Shown one piece after another: positions 8,698-18,012 of a stretch of 24,440 nt of DNA (positions within the stretch are counted from its first letter, which is position 1; the number at the start of each line of letters is the position of its first letter). A program made the position numbers and the translations under genes. The stretch is from a virus (Duplodnaviria; Caudoviricetes), in IMG/VR virus record IMGVR_UViG_3300038379_000739, positions 1-24,440 of that record; one strand, 5' to 3'. Under the pieces are notes generated by a model. It saw only the letters and a program-made list of their open reading frames with translations. It was not told the origin of the DNA and did not search any database.

Positions 8698-10074
8698 TTA
8701 TGCCGGATTGATTTCGTTGCAAATACAGAACGACGCCGCGTGTTTTACAGCCACGTCCCACCACGAGTTGACGATGAATTCAACAATGGCTTCTTTGCCT
8801 TTCGTATAGGGATTGATAAGCAGTTCGACACCACCCCATTGACCAATCATCAGTTCTTCCCAATTGCCAAAAATCATCGCATGCAAAATGCCAGACGACG
8901 CGCCTTTCGACAAGGTACTGGGCACTTGGGTAGAAACACGTGCTTTATAGCCATTGATGTCGCCGGTATCGCCGTTGTTGCCGGTCCAAATAAACTGTGC
9001 GGTTGAAGATGCTTTTTCAGTCGTTTTCAGTTTTCCCGCAACGGCAGGAGTAGTCAGATAAGCCAGTTTGCCGAAATCAGCATTATCGGTTGCCGTCTCG
9101 GTTTCAAAAAGGACCGTCAACGCCCAGGTCAAAGGCCCGCCGTCCGTTCCAATCGTGATGTCATTCACGCCGGAAGTGTTCAGGATGCCAAGCGGTTGGT
9201 CGGAAGAGCCAGAACCATTGATGGCTGCCGAATCCAAAGCCTTGCGAACAGCAAAGTTGAGCCGTTGACGAACAAAGGTTTCCATGGCAATTGTCGTTTG
9301 CCGAAGGTTCTGCTTCGAGACATCTGTAAAAGCGCAAAGACGTTCAGGATTCATCTGCACACGGTCGAATGTTGGCGAGGTTTCGGTTGCACTGGCAACT
9401 TCCGACGCCCACAAAGCAGCCGCGTCCGCATCATTGCGTGGGAAATCCATGTTGTCACGCAAACCACGCATCACCGTTGCGCCCAATGCTTCCACTTGCA
9501 ATTTCGGCTCGAGTATCGGAATCAGTTTTTGAACGGAGGTTTGAACGGTAAAGCCGCCAGCGGTCGTCGTTTCAGCCAGAATGTCGCGCTTTTCGGTTTC
9601 AGAATAGCCACCAACGAGCATTTCAGGGAGAACGAATTGCTCGCTTGAGCCGGGCAATTTTAGCGCGCGGACTTCTTTCAGGCCTTCTTGGTGCATTTCG
9701 GCTTCCAAACCGTCGAGACGTTCGTTACCTGCCAAAATCTGGTAGGCACGAATCAGACGGAACTCATCGCGCTTTTGCCCCCACTTGTCACCAATGCGGC
9801 CATGCGGCAACACATTGATTGTCACCGGCAACTTGTCGTCCAAGTGCCGTTGCTCGGCCAACTTCGATTCGATGCTAAGTTTTTCTGTCAAATCGTCGTA
9901 AATTTTCAGCGCGTCATCGTAATTGCGCCGCTCCGTGTCGAGCAACAAACGGTCGGTTTCTTCATTCCAGTCATCAGTGCCAAGCCGGCTTGTGACTGCG
10001 TTGAAGTTTTTGAGTGCAGTCGCCCGTTGCTCACGCGCTTTTTTCAGGGCTTCGGCGGTTGATGTTTGTGACAT
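8698..10074 (-). CDS. Major capsid protein, HK97 family
   Basis: N-terminal coiled-coil delta domain; AGGFTV, INGSGSSDQPLGILN, IFGNW, D.AVKH..SF motifs. Confidence 0.95.
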   Translation of the reverse strand: MSQTSTAEALKKAREQRATALKNFNAVTSRLGTDDWNEETDRLLLDTERRNYDDALKIYDDLTEKLSIESKLAEQRHLDDKLPVTINVLPHGRIGDKWGQKRDEFRLIRAYQILAGNERLDGLEAEMHQEGLKEVRALKLPGSSEQFVLPEMLVGGYSETEKRDILAETTTAGGFTVQTSVQKLIPILEPKLQVEALGATVMRGLRDNMDFPRNDADAAALWASEVASATETSPTFDRVQMNPERLCAFTDVSKQNLRQTTIAMETFVRQRLNFAVRKALDSAAINGSGSSDQPLGILNTSGVNDITIGTDGGPLTWALTVLFETETATDNADFGKLAYLTTPAVAGKLKTTEKASSTAQFIWTGNNGDTGDINGYKARVSTQVPSTLSKGASSGILHAMIFGNWEELMIGQWGGVELLINPYTKGKEAIVEFIVNSWWDVAVKHAASFCICNEINPA

Positions 10075-10086
10075 TTTTTGAAAAAT

Positions 10087-10728
10087 TTATTGGTGAACAA
10101 AGCCCCGAAAGCCGATGAATTTCTCCACCTCCAACTTCCGAGAATTAAGTAGTTTTTGTACTTCTGTCAGTTCATGGATGTCGTCGTCGGGAAAATCGAA
10201 ATTGCGAACATTAGTAGTTGTAATGGAATAGGCGGGCGTTATCACTGGCCCCAACTCTATAATGCGAGGAAATCTTTTAATGCTACGCAAAGGAATTTCA
10301 CCTTCTTTGCTCAAATCATAACAATCTGACGGAAGCGGCAAAAATTGGAACGACGAACCTTTGGCATCGCGGCGCTGGATTCTGCGGTAAGCCGAACGAT
10401 GGCTTGGGTCCTCTTTATCGTAATCAAACTCGTACCACAATCCACGAGCGTCCACGCCATAGCGAAGCGTCGGCTCAGCCGCCAAAAAATCAACGTGGTC
10501 AAAATGACACCGAACATCCGAAAAATCGGTTTCATTAAACGCGCCCGGTAATATCACTTCAACAAACTTTTGTCCTTTTTTTGTCATCAATGTCCGGCTG
10601 CGCACATTGAACAACGCCGCGTAGCCATACACGACCTGTTTGCCGCCTTCGACACTACGGATTTCCGGTGCCTCATCGGTAAAAAAAGGCTCATTGTTGA
10701 GGAGCGGGTTTGGGTTGTTTTTTTCCAT
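10087..10728 (-). CDS. Prohead protease, HK97 family (probable start MEKNN)
   Basis: GYAALFN, F.EVILPGAF, DH, D.RGL, GSSF.F, ELGPV..PAY motifs. Confidence 0.92.
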   Translation of the reverse strand: MEKNNPNPLLNNEPFFTDEAPEIRSVEGGKQVVYGYAALFNVRSRTLMTKKGQKFVEVILPGAFNETDFSDVRCHFDHVDFLAAEPTLRYGVDARGLWYEFDYDKEDPSHRSAYRRIQRRDAKGSSFQFLPLPSDCYDLSKEGEIPLRSIKRFPRIIELGPVITPAYSITTTNVRNFDFPDDDIHELTEVQKLLNSRKLEVEKFIGFRGFVHQ

Positions 10729-12082
10729 TTTCGTCAGTTTTACCTTCGGCTTCGCCGCCGAGACTTTTACCGCCAACGGCTTTTTCGCCTTCGGCACTCA
10801 AATATTTCGCAAATGCTATTCTCAAAGCGTCTTTCAATGGCAGAAGATTGATGTCAACCATTAAGTCGTCGCCACCTTCAACAGGCGGCAATCCCTTGCG
10901 TTTTCTTGCTTCATTTGGAGTTATTTGGGTAGCGCGAATTCCTTCGGCAAGCATAGAGGATTCGGCGGCTTCATCTTTACTCACATACAGGCTCGTATCG
11001 AACTCAAAAAGATACTCGCTTTGCTCACTGTCGAAAAAAGCCTTTGTCTTGATTTCATCTTGAGTTTTTTCAAGCCACGGGCCGAGACAATGTGTAAGAA
11101 AATCCAACGAACGTTGCACACCAGCGCCATACGTTCCTTCTGCACCCAACATGAGCAAATCCCTCGGCACTTTGGTTATCCGACACACATCCTCAACGTT
11201 CATTGTACGAACGGCTTCCAAAGCCACATCAAGCGGACTCCATTGCAGATATTGGACGTTTTGACCCTTGGGAATGACAAGCGGCCTGCCTGCGTTGTTT
11301 GAGCCGCCAATCCGCGCCATCACATTATCTTCTACATTCTTGACCTCAGTCGGGTCCAATTCTTGGTCAATACTTATCGCAATACTTGGAAAAGCGCCTT
11401 TGCCCATCACGCCAGCAGAATACCGCGTAGAGGCAATTCCTACTCCATGCGTATCACGATGAAGCCACTCGGTTTGCAAACCATTAATTCCATCGAGTGA
11501 CAGCCCACGAATATGAATCATATCAGTATAAGGCAGCCGCTCAAAAACCGAAAATTTTCCATTCATCGAACCACTTATCAAGTACCAAAGCGCTCCACTT
11601 TCATCAAATTCAGGCCGCACATACATAGACGGGATATGCTCAAACCACATCGGCCTACCAGTTTGTTCGTCCCAATGAATTTTTGCATAACCATTACCTA
11701 AACAGGCGTTTGTAAGCAACGCACTGAAAAAATCAAACCATGAGTAGTAAGGGTGAGGCCGTCGCTGAAAAAAATCATACATCGGATGGTCGGTAGCCTC
11801 CTCCAATCCGTCTTTTGTTCTCCGCTTGACTGTACGGTCAAGCATCGAAATCCCTTCCGAAATATACCGAACGGCTGAATAAAATGGGCTTGTACCCAAC
11901 ACCGCCTCCCAATTTACCTCGACATCCGCCAACGTGGTAGAGCCAAGATTGAAATACTTCCAAAAATACGGGTCTTGAAGCGTGTAGGAGCGCTTTTCAG
12001 TCGCAGGCGCTTCTGTTTTTTCCTCAACAAGCCCCAAAGATTGAGACTCGAACCATTGTGTAAGAAAGGAGTTCCAAGCCAT
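10691..12082 (-). CDS. Portal protein, HK97 family (probable start MAWNSF)
   Basis: GNGYA.I, MIHIRGLSLDGING, GGSNNAG.P, ITPNEARK..GLPPVEGGD motifs. Confidence 0.95.
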   Translation of the reverse strand: MAWNSFLTQWFESQSLGLVEEKTEAPATEKRSYTLQDPYFWKYFNLGSTTLADVEVNWEAVLGTSPFYSAVRYISEGISMLDRTVKRRTKDGLEEATDHPMYDFFQRRPHPYYSWFDFFSALLTNACLGNGYAKIHWDEQTGRPMWFEHIPSMYVRPEFDESGALWYLISGSMNGKFSVFERLPYTDMIHIRGLSLDGINGLQTEWLHRDTHGVGIASTRYSAGVMGKGAFPSIAISIDQELDPTEVKNVEDNVMARIGGSNNAGRPLVIPKGQNVQYLQWSPLDVALEAVRTMNVEDVCRITKVPRDLLMLGAEGTYGAGVQRSLDFLTHCLGPWLEKTQDEIKTKAFFDSEQSEYLFEFDTSLYVSKDEAAESSMLAEGIRATQITPNEARKRKGLPPVEGGDDLMVDINLLPLKDALRIAFAKYLSAEGEKAVGGKSLGGEAEGKTDENGKKQPKPAPQQ

Positions 12083-12129
12083 TTCAATGCAAAACTCCAC
12101 CAGAATTAAGCCAAACCAAAAATTTTAAG

Positions 12130-12369
12130 TTAAACAGTTTTAATTGGGCGAAATCTTGCCCTGTGTGGATTGCGAGATTTGCTTGCAGAGAACGAAAGGT
12201 AGGTAGAGTAGCGCATAACCCCATGCTGTTCACGAAGTTCACTCTCAACGCAATTTAAAGCGTTTTTCATTGGAGCACGTTCGTTGCGTTTTTCCGCAAC
12301 CAACTCCCGAAACCTTTTATTGTAACCGTCGTTTGTCTTAAGGTCGTGCATCTGCCATGAGTTTTTCAA
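12130..12369 (-). CDS. Small basic hypothetical protein between terminase and portal
   Basis: ORF fills the gap in the operon; start uncertain. Confidence 0.6.
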   Translation of the reverse strand: MKNSWQMHDLKTNDGYNKRFRELVAEKRNERAPMKNALNCVESELREQHGVMRYSTYLSFSASKSRNPHRARFRPIKTV

Positions 12370-13585
12370 GTTCAGCAGGAGGCAATGCGAGGTAGAGCCG
12401 GCTTTTGCGTTTCAAATAAGTTACCGCCCAATACCTCGCAGCGTCCCAAGTGTGATTGAAAGCGTCAACAGGAACATTCAGAATTCTGCCGCTTTTGTCC
12501 ACACGAAACATATATTTCAACCGCTCACGCAACATATCAACGCTGTTTTGTGTAACGTGCAGGTTGTAAGAGTTCAACAAGGTTATTCCGTGTGTCACGC
12601 TATCAGGTCCTTTTTTTGCAGGAAAAATATTGAGACGCATCGATTTCAAATGTTCGATTGCCCACTCACCAGCAGAATCAGCCACAACAGGGAAACGCCC
12701 CACCCCACTCGACAACATAACTTCTCCCATTTCCTGAGGTGTCATGCCTCGTTGGTAAAAAACTTGATTGAAATACACGTCTTTTTCGTTCTGAAAACCA
12801 CACTCAATAAGCGTTGTAATACCATTACTATACCCGAAGTCCATGCCAAACCCACGATACTTGAGATTTTCAGGCATTTTTTCCACGATTTTGATATTCG
12901 GAAAAACCAACCCGGTTACTTGCCCATATTCTCCAAGCCCATAAACCCGCCAGTAATTCAAGTCTTCGGTTTCCAACAACTCAATTTCCCGAACTTGCGC
13001 AGATGACAAGTAAGGATTGTCTCGATAGGTGGAAATAATGGTTTCTACATCATCTTCCGTCACAGCACGACCCAACTCAAGTTTCTCACGCGCCCATACA
13101 TACGGGTCAGATGGATTGAAATCAATTATCATTAGTTCTTCCGTACGCAACTTGAGTTGAAGCACTTCTAAATCCCAATCCAATTCATTCGCTTCATTCA
13201 ACCATGTTATCGTTGCAGCAAAACCCCTGATTTTTTGTTCATCATCAGCGCCAAAAAATTCTACCATGCGCTTTCCACATCGATACTGCCGCCGCTGATT
13301 ATTCACTTTCACGAAACGACGAAGACCACAAGTGTCGAGGGCTTTTTCAAAATCCCGCATCACGGTGGACTCCAAAGTGGTTTTATACTTACGAACAATC
13401 GCCGCATTGCCTGTTGGTATATGCTGTTTCTCCCGTATTTGCCCAGTCACAAGCCACACCGCCAATTGCTGACAAATCGAAGTGGTCTTACTGCTTCGCG
13501 TCCCACCCCGATTTATCACCCAACGTTTTTCAGGCGAAACTTTCCAGTTCCGCAAAAAAACCGGCGTGACTTTCAAATTATTCAT
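12338..13585 (-). CDS. terL: Terminase large subunit, PBSX/SPP1-like (probable start MNNLKV)
   Basis: Walker A GGTRSSKT, Walker B WLNEANE, FNP, GMDFG, DSA, NHTWDAARY. Confidence 0.95.
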   Translation of the reverse strand: MNNLKVTPVFLRNWKVSPEKRWVINRGGTRSSKTTSICQQLAVWLVTGQIREKQHIPTGNAAIVRKYKTTLESTVMRDFEKALDTCGLRRFVKVNNQRRQYRCGKRMVEFFGADDEQKIRGFAATITWLNEANELDWDLEVLQLKLRTEELMIIDFNPSDPYVWAREKLELGRAVTEDDVETIISTYRDNPYLSSAQVREIELLETEDLNYWRVYGLGEYGQVTGLVFPNIKIVEKMPENLKYRGFGMDFGYSNGITTLIECGFQNEKDVYFNQVFYQRGMTPQEMGEVMLSSGVGRFPVVADSAGEWAIEHLKSMRLNIFPAKKGPDSVTHGITLLNSYNLHVTQNSVDMLRERLKYMFRVDKSGRILNVPVDAFNHTWDAARYWAVTYLKRKSRLYLALPPAELEKLMADARP

Positions 13586-13973
13586 CTTGCTCAAACACGT
13601 TTTGTTCAACAATGAACTTGAAACCAACCAAAGGAAGTTCGCTGTTTTCATCATCAAGCAAAAGAGGCCTGCCATACGCAGTTTCAGAAAGCCACTTTGC
13701 GGCTTGAACGTCATGTTTCGCTCGTTTCATTTGTTCCAACACGATTTCCTTCACCTTCGGCATTTTTACCCAGACTTTCACCTTTTGATTTGTGCGACCA
13801 CCCTTACCATCACACAAAACGCCATCCATAAGAAAATAATCATCACCGCTTTCAGCAATTTCACGAATAATCGCACGAAAAGGATTGCGTTTGCGTCCAG
13901 CCCCTTCTAAACCGGCATCGCCCTTTTCTCGCACTATAAGCGTTCCACCATTTCTTCCCTTGACTTGTTTCAT
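13578..13973 (-). CDS. Putative terminase small subunit
   Basis: Overlaps the terL start; KG..G..GAGRK N-terminus and D.QAAKWL..TAYG.P helix. Confidence 0.65.
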   Translation of the reverse strand: MKQVKGRNGGTLIVREKGDAGLEGAGRKRNPFRAIIREIAESGDDYFLMDGVLCDGKGGRTNQKVKVWVKMPKVKEIVLEQMKRAKHDVQAAKWLSETAYGRPLLLDDENSELPLVGFKFIVEQNVFEQDE

Positions 13974-14062
13974 AATCCAAAAATTCAAAAATGTAAAATC
14001 GAATCAGCGCGAACGAATCGAAGTTAGTGTTAGTGATTTTGACCCGCCCCGGTCGCCAAATG

Positions 14063-14233
14063 TCAGCGCCGCCGCGCATCATTGAACGCAGACAGACCCG
14101 GCACGTCCAACATGATTAAAGACCAGAACCGACCAAGCCGACGATGATTAACGAAACACCATGCCAAAACAATGAGAATTTGGCGCTCAGTCATTGTGTC
14201 GAAAGCGTTGTAAAGTTTGTCGAGTTTGCTCAT
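14063..14233 (-). CDS. Hypothetical protein, 56 aa (not in the ORF track)
   Basis: Manual translation MSKLDKLYNAFDTMTERQILIVLAWCF...; starts 3 nt after the upstream stop. Confidence 0.45.
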   Translation of the reverse strand: MSKLDKLYNAFDTMTERQILIVLAWCFVNHRRLGRFWSLIMLDVPGLSAFNDARRR

Positions 14234-14236
14234 TGG

Positions 14237-14365
14237 TCAGTTATTTTTCGCCTGATGGTCGTCAAAAAGATTGTCTTGTTCTTTGCCCGCGCGAGCCGCG
14301 CCGCCAAGAATAAAGCAAAACGCACACGCAAGCAGCGTCAATAATATTTGCAACCAACAAGGCAT
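14237..14365 (-). CDS. Small membrane peptide, 42 aa (not in the ORF track)
   Basis: Manual translation MPCWLQILLTLLACAFCFILGGAARAGKEQDNLFDDHQAKNN. Confidence 0.5.
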   Translation of the reverse strand: MPCWLQILLTLLACAFCFILGGAARAGKEQDNLFDDHQAKNN

Positions 14366-14383
14366 TAGAGCAGAACTTTAAGT

Positions 14384-14827
14384 TCAATCATTGTACTGTG
14401 GCTGATGCTTGCGCATCCAACCGGATTTGAATGAATCAATTTCACGAACAAGCCAATACTCGGCGTGTTCGGTCGCTTTCACAGTCGAGGCAAATATTTC
14501 TTGTTCAGGACGCAAGCGGTCAGCGCCAACCTTAACTTCAACAGCAATCAAATTGCCCGTTCGCAAGTCAAAACCAATCACATCCGCAACACCTTTCAAC
14601 GAACACGGCACAGGGCGATATGCTTTATGTATCGCTTCACGAAAGAGTTTTGCCTTTTGAGCATTGTCGTAACTCACGAAACTCAACGCATCAAATAATT
14701 TCAAAAGGTGCAACACCAGCGCCGGTTCATCTATCCTACCGTTGTTTTCGCAGCGCCAAGACAAGCAACCATTCTCATTCAAGAACTTCACCACTTGGGC
14801 TATCAAAAAGTTTTGATTTGCTTGCAT
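14384..14827 (-). CDS. VRR-NUC-like PD-(D/E)xK nuclease / Holliday junction resolvase
   Basis: GVADVIG...AVEVK...LRPEQ..F. Confidence 0.82.
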   Translation of the reverse strand: MQANQNFLIAQVVKFLNENGCLSWRCENNGRIDEPALVLHLLKLFDALSFVSYDNAQKAKLFREAIHKAYRPVPCSLKGVADVIGFDLRTGNLIAVEVKVGADRLRPEQEIFASTVKATEHAEYWLVREIDSFKSGWMRKHQPQYND

Positions 14828-14892
14828 AACAACGATTTAAAAAAAACGGCACCCCCCCAAAAAAAGAGGCACCGGCTGTGAAAAAGAGATAA

Positions 14893-15297
14893 TCATTCAT
14901 CAGGTTCATCGCTAAGGCTTAGTTCAAACGCACCCGCTTTGGCAACCACATACTCATTCACGCTGACAATTTCTATCGTTTCCAGCGTATCGGGATGATT
15001 GTAAGTCGCCACGATTTCAACCCTGTATTGGCGTCCAACTTTCGATTGATACGCCACATCACCAAACGGGATTACAAAAACCAAGCGGCGCTCATTCGTC
15101 GGAGAAAGCAATACAACAATCGAACGGGCAACATTCACGTCGTCAGCAGTAGCCATAATCTGAACCTGCAAATTCGGCAACGGCATCGGCGCATAGTCAG
15201 GAATCTCGAGGACAAACCCAACGCCCGGGTCGCCAACATGGACTTTTTTTACTTTGACAGGACCGCGCGTGCCACCCTTTTTTTTATTATCAGCCAT
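14893..15297 (-). CDS. Hypothetical protein (134 aa)
   Basis: ATG ORF with an AT-rich leader, within the operon. Confidence 0.7.
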   Translation of the reverse strand: MADNKKKGGTRGPVKVKKVHVGDPGVGFVLEIPDYAPMPLPNLQVQIMATADDVNVARSIVVLLSPTNERRLVFVIPFGDVAYQSKVGRQYRVEIVATYNHPDTLETIEIVSVNEYVVAKAGAFELSLSDEPDE

Positions 15298-15308
15298 TTT
15301 GAAAAAGT

Positions 15309-15602
15309 TTAGTTGTCACTCGCAAGAGCGACGGGTTCAAACAAATCGGTTTGTGTGCCAATGCCGGCCTCCTCGCGGTACTTCTGCAAACGAGCCTTGC
15401 ATTCTTCGACACCCGCGAAAATCAATTCGGAAAAAACTTCCTGAACACCTTCGTCCCATCCATGCACCAACGTTACAACCGGCTGCACTTTAAAGGTCAG
15501 GCGCTCATAATTGACGTAGCATTTCACGTCTTCGCTGTTAATATTGACGAAATCCTCAAATTTGAAGGTTTCCTTTTCGCGGGTCATTTTGATTGTTGTC
15601 AT
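15309..15602 (-). CDS. Hypothetical protein (97 aa)
   Basis: ATG ORF with an AT-rich leader, within the operon. Confidence 0.7.
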   Translation of the reverse strand: MTTIKMTREKETFKFEDFVNINSEDVKCYVNYERLTFKVQPVVTLVHGWDEGVQEVFSELIFAGVEECKARLQKYREEAGIGTQTDLFEPVALASDN

Positions 15603-15614
15603 GATTTTTAAATT

Positions 15615-16448
15615 TTATTGATGAACTGATTTTTGAATTGAAACCCACGCGATTACAAGCAGCCGTTTGTACCAGTTAATGCGCGACAAATTAAACCCGG
15701 CATCTTTCAATGGGTCTCTCAAAACACACCGCGCCGAATAATCACCGCGAGCCGCCCTATTTTGATAATCGCCCAAAGCCAACCCATACGCATTTGACCA
15801 AAGTAACCGCTTTTCATCCTGCGTAAACGTCAACCTACCAGCACAAAAAAACTCAAAATCGAAAATTGTGCAGTCATTCGCGCTCAAATCTTCTTTGCCA
15901 CACAAATACTCCAATCGCCGCCGACCCCACGCATCAAAGTCATGATTGCTCGAAGCCAACGCTTTCGCTTGCGCAAATTCAACCCGCTTTTCCGCCTGAA
16001 CAACCTCCGCCACCACAGCATTCCGAACTTCTTCAACATACGCCGACAGCACCTTGCCAAGCATCCCAACCGTGAAAGTGCCATAATACGCATCCAAACT
16101 CACACCCAACTCGCCAGCAGCCGCACGACGAAAAGCCTGACGAATTTCAGATATGTTTAAAAATCCAAACCGCTCAATGACAAACTCAACACATTCATCA
16201 AAAACAAAATCATCTGTCTTTGGGCAACTGGTAAATGACTTCACACAAAACTCTAATTCGGCGCTCAAGGCAATCAACGCACGTTCGCCACTTTGGGTGA
16301 CATCCACTCGAATTGTATTTTTGCTCACAGCAGCCGACACCGCCAGAACTAAATCAACACTAACTCCCATTTTGGAAGCCAAGACGCTGGGCAATACGGC
16401 CAGCGCGTTCACGGATGCGGTCTCGATTGATAATTGGTTGTTGTCCAT
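15615..16448 (-). CDS. Replication-module protein downstream of the initiator (probable start MDNNQL)
   Basis: Occupies the slot usually held by a helicase loader; helical EIRQAF...YG.F...LGKVL.AY segment; function not established. Confidence 0.6.
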   Translation of the reverse strand: MDNNQLSIETASVNALAVLPSVLASKMGVSVDLVLAVSAAVSKNTIRVDVTQSGERALIALSAELEFCVKSFTSCPKTDDFVFDECVEFVIERFGFLNISEIRQAFRRAAAGELGVSLDAYYGTFTVGMLGKVLSAYVEEVRNAVVAEVVQAEKRVEFAQAKALASSNHDFDAWGRRRLEYLCGKEDLSANDCTIFDFEFFCAGRLTFTQDEKRLLWSNAYGLALGDYQNRAARGDYSARCVLRDPLKDAGFNLSRINWYKRLLVIAWVSIQKSVHQ

Positions 16449-17187
16449 CTTGTGTAGGTATTTTTTTTCGCAATTGAGAACTTCGTTTATCGCCAGCAAC
16501 AAAGCCAGCAGCCGTGGCCAACCAATTCGCCGACCTGTTCCCGCCTTGGGCACTCCAATCGCGACACCGAAGCCAATAATAATCAAGATCGGCACCTGCC
16601 GTTTCAGGAGCATATTTAATCAGGGCGACGCGCCACAAATCAGGAGCAATGTTCGCCCACTCACTTTCTGAAAATAAAATCGGGACTTGTTCAAAAATCG
16701 GAGCGGGGGGGGGCGGCGCAATAGGGGGGGGGGCTTTTTTTTCGTTTTTAAAACCAAGGGAATTTTCATCGTGCGCGTTACTCACTGTATTACTCAATGT
16801 AGTATTAACTGTATTATTATGCTTGCGCTTTTCCGCAAGAGGTCTTGCGCTTTTCGTCAATAGGGTCTTGCGCTTTTCCGCAAGAGGTCTTGCGTTTTTC
16901 GTCAATAGGGGTACTAAATCACTGATATAGATAATGCGCTGATTACCAGCATCTTTGTCAATCTGCGTTCGGATAAAACCTTTTTTCTCAAGTTGTGAAA
17001 TCCACCGCGAAACGGTGAAATCCGAAACATTGTAAAGTTTCGCAAAATACGAGTTGCTTGCCCAACAATACCCGCGCTCGTTCGAAAGCGCGGTAATTTC
17101 ACCATAAAGCAGTTTCGCCGTCGGAATCAAGTCCTCGCAGTAGCGAACAGTGGCAGGAATGACAGCGTAGAAATTAGGTTGGCTCAT
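16360..17187 (-). CDS. Phage replication initiator with an N-terminal winged HTH
   Basis: YAVIPATVRY...AKLLYGEITAL...GYCWASNSYFA.LY.VS..TVSRWISQL...GFI; internal DNA repeats. Confidence 0.85.
   Translation of the reverse strand: MSQPNFYAVIPATVRYCEDLIPTAKLLYGEITALSNERGYCWASNSYFAKLYNVSDFTVSRWISQLEKKGFIRTQIDKDAGNQRIIYISDLVPLLTKNARPLAEKRKTLLTKSARPLAEKRKHNNTVNTTLSNTVSNAHDENSLGFKNEKKAPPPIAPPPPAPIFEQVPILFSESEWANIAPDLWRVALIKYAPETAGADLDYYWLRCRDWSAQGGNRSANWLATAAGFVAGDKRSSQLRKKIPTQDGQQPIINRDRIRERAGRIAQRLGFQNGS
16787..16911. repeat. Iterons and AT-rich tract: probable lambdoid-type origin inside the initiator gene
   Basis: cttgcg(c/t)ttttc at 16822, 16844, 16867, 16889 (22/23-bp period; 45-bp unit x2), beside AT-rich 16787..16820. 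Confidence 0.8.
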
Positions 17188-17393
17188 TGCTTTTTCTCAT
17201 TTGTAGAGATTCCAATCAATACTCCGACGAGAACACCAATAATGTTCTCACGAAAGGCTTGCCCAATGGAAAAAAGAAAAAAATCCCACCACTCGACCAA
17301 GCCGGAAAAAATTCCAAGAATTATCATAGAGAATAATTTAAAAATTTAGGAATAATTGTTTGACAAACCAACGGCTGACATCGCCGCGTCAAT

Positions 17394-17615
17394 CTAATTG
17401 TCCAAAGAGAGAGTTCGACCAAAACCGGAAAACGGTATATCCGATACCTCATAATCGGGAAGCCAGGCCACAGAATCGACCACGTTTGATTTTCGACCAT
17501 TCTCTCTACGGCGAACATTTTCAGCATCCGAACAAGAAGCCGAATGTTCAGCCGCTTTTCGAGCGTAGTAGTCGCCATCGCGGAATTCATGAAAATCGGT
17601 AGTTTCCTTACCCAT
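17394..17615 (-). CDS. Hypothetical protein (73 aa)
   Basis: ATG preceded by a typical AT-rich leader. Confidence 0.45.
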   Translation of the reverse strand: MGKETTDFHEFRDGDYYARKAAEHSASCSDAENVRRRENGRKSNVVDSVAWLPDYEVSDIPFSGFGRTLSLDN

Positions 17616-17654
17616 CTTGAAAAGTTTTTAAAAATGAAAAAATGAAATGACTTA

Positions 17655-17939
17655 TCATTGACCAGAAGCGTCTGGAACACCCATAACCGCCAAACCACAA
17701 TCAAAAACTTGCTTCGCCATCAAAGCCAACCGCGTTTGTTCAGGTAATGAGCGTTTAGGTACCACAAAATCCATACTCAATTCTTCGCGCAACACAGGCA
17801 AACCATACTTAACCGCACGAACAATCAACGACGACCGCGAAACAAAACTATTTTCCTTCTGTGAAAAAGAAATAACCAGCGCTTCAATTTCGTCCAACAG
17901 TTCATCTGAAAACAACACACTCGTAGGAGACTTGCTCAT
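17655..17939 (-). CDS. Ribbon-helix-helix-like transcriptional regulator
   Basis: TSVLFSDELLDEIEAL...VSRSSLIVRAV pattern; first gene after the leftward promoter. Confidence 0.65.
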   Translation of the reverse strand: MSKSPTSVLFSDELLDEIEALVISFSQKENSFVSRSSLIVRAVKYGLPVLREELSMDFVVPKRSLPEQTRLALMAKQVFDCGLAVMGVPDASGQ

Positions 17940-17982
17940 AAAAATAGGTTTGAAAAGGAAGCGAATTTGTAATAACGTCCGA

Positions 17983-18012
17983 CAAAAGTAACAACTTTTT
18001 AATACTATGCAA
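17983..18012 (-). promoter_or_regulatory. Bacteroidota-type promoter, leftward
   Basis: TTG-N19-TACTTTTG on the - strand (-33/-7 consensus TTG...TAnnTTTG). Confidence 0.7.
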
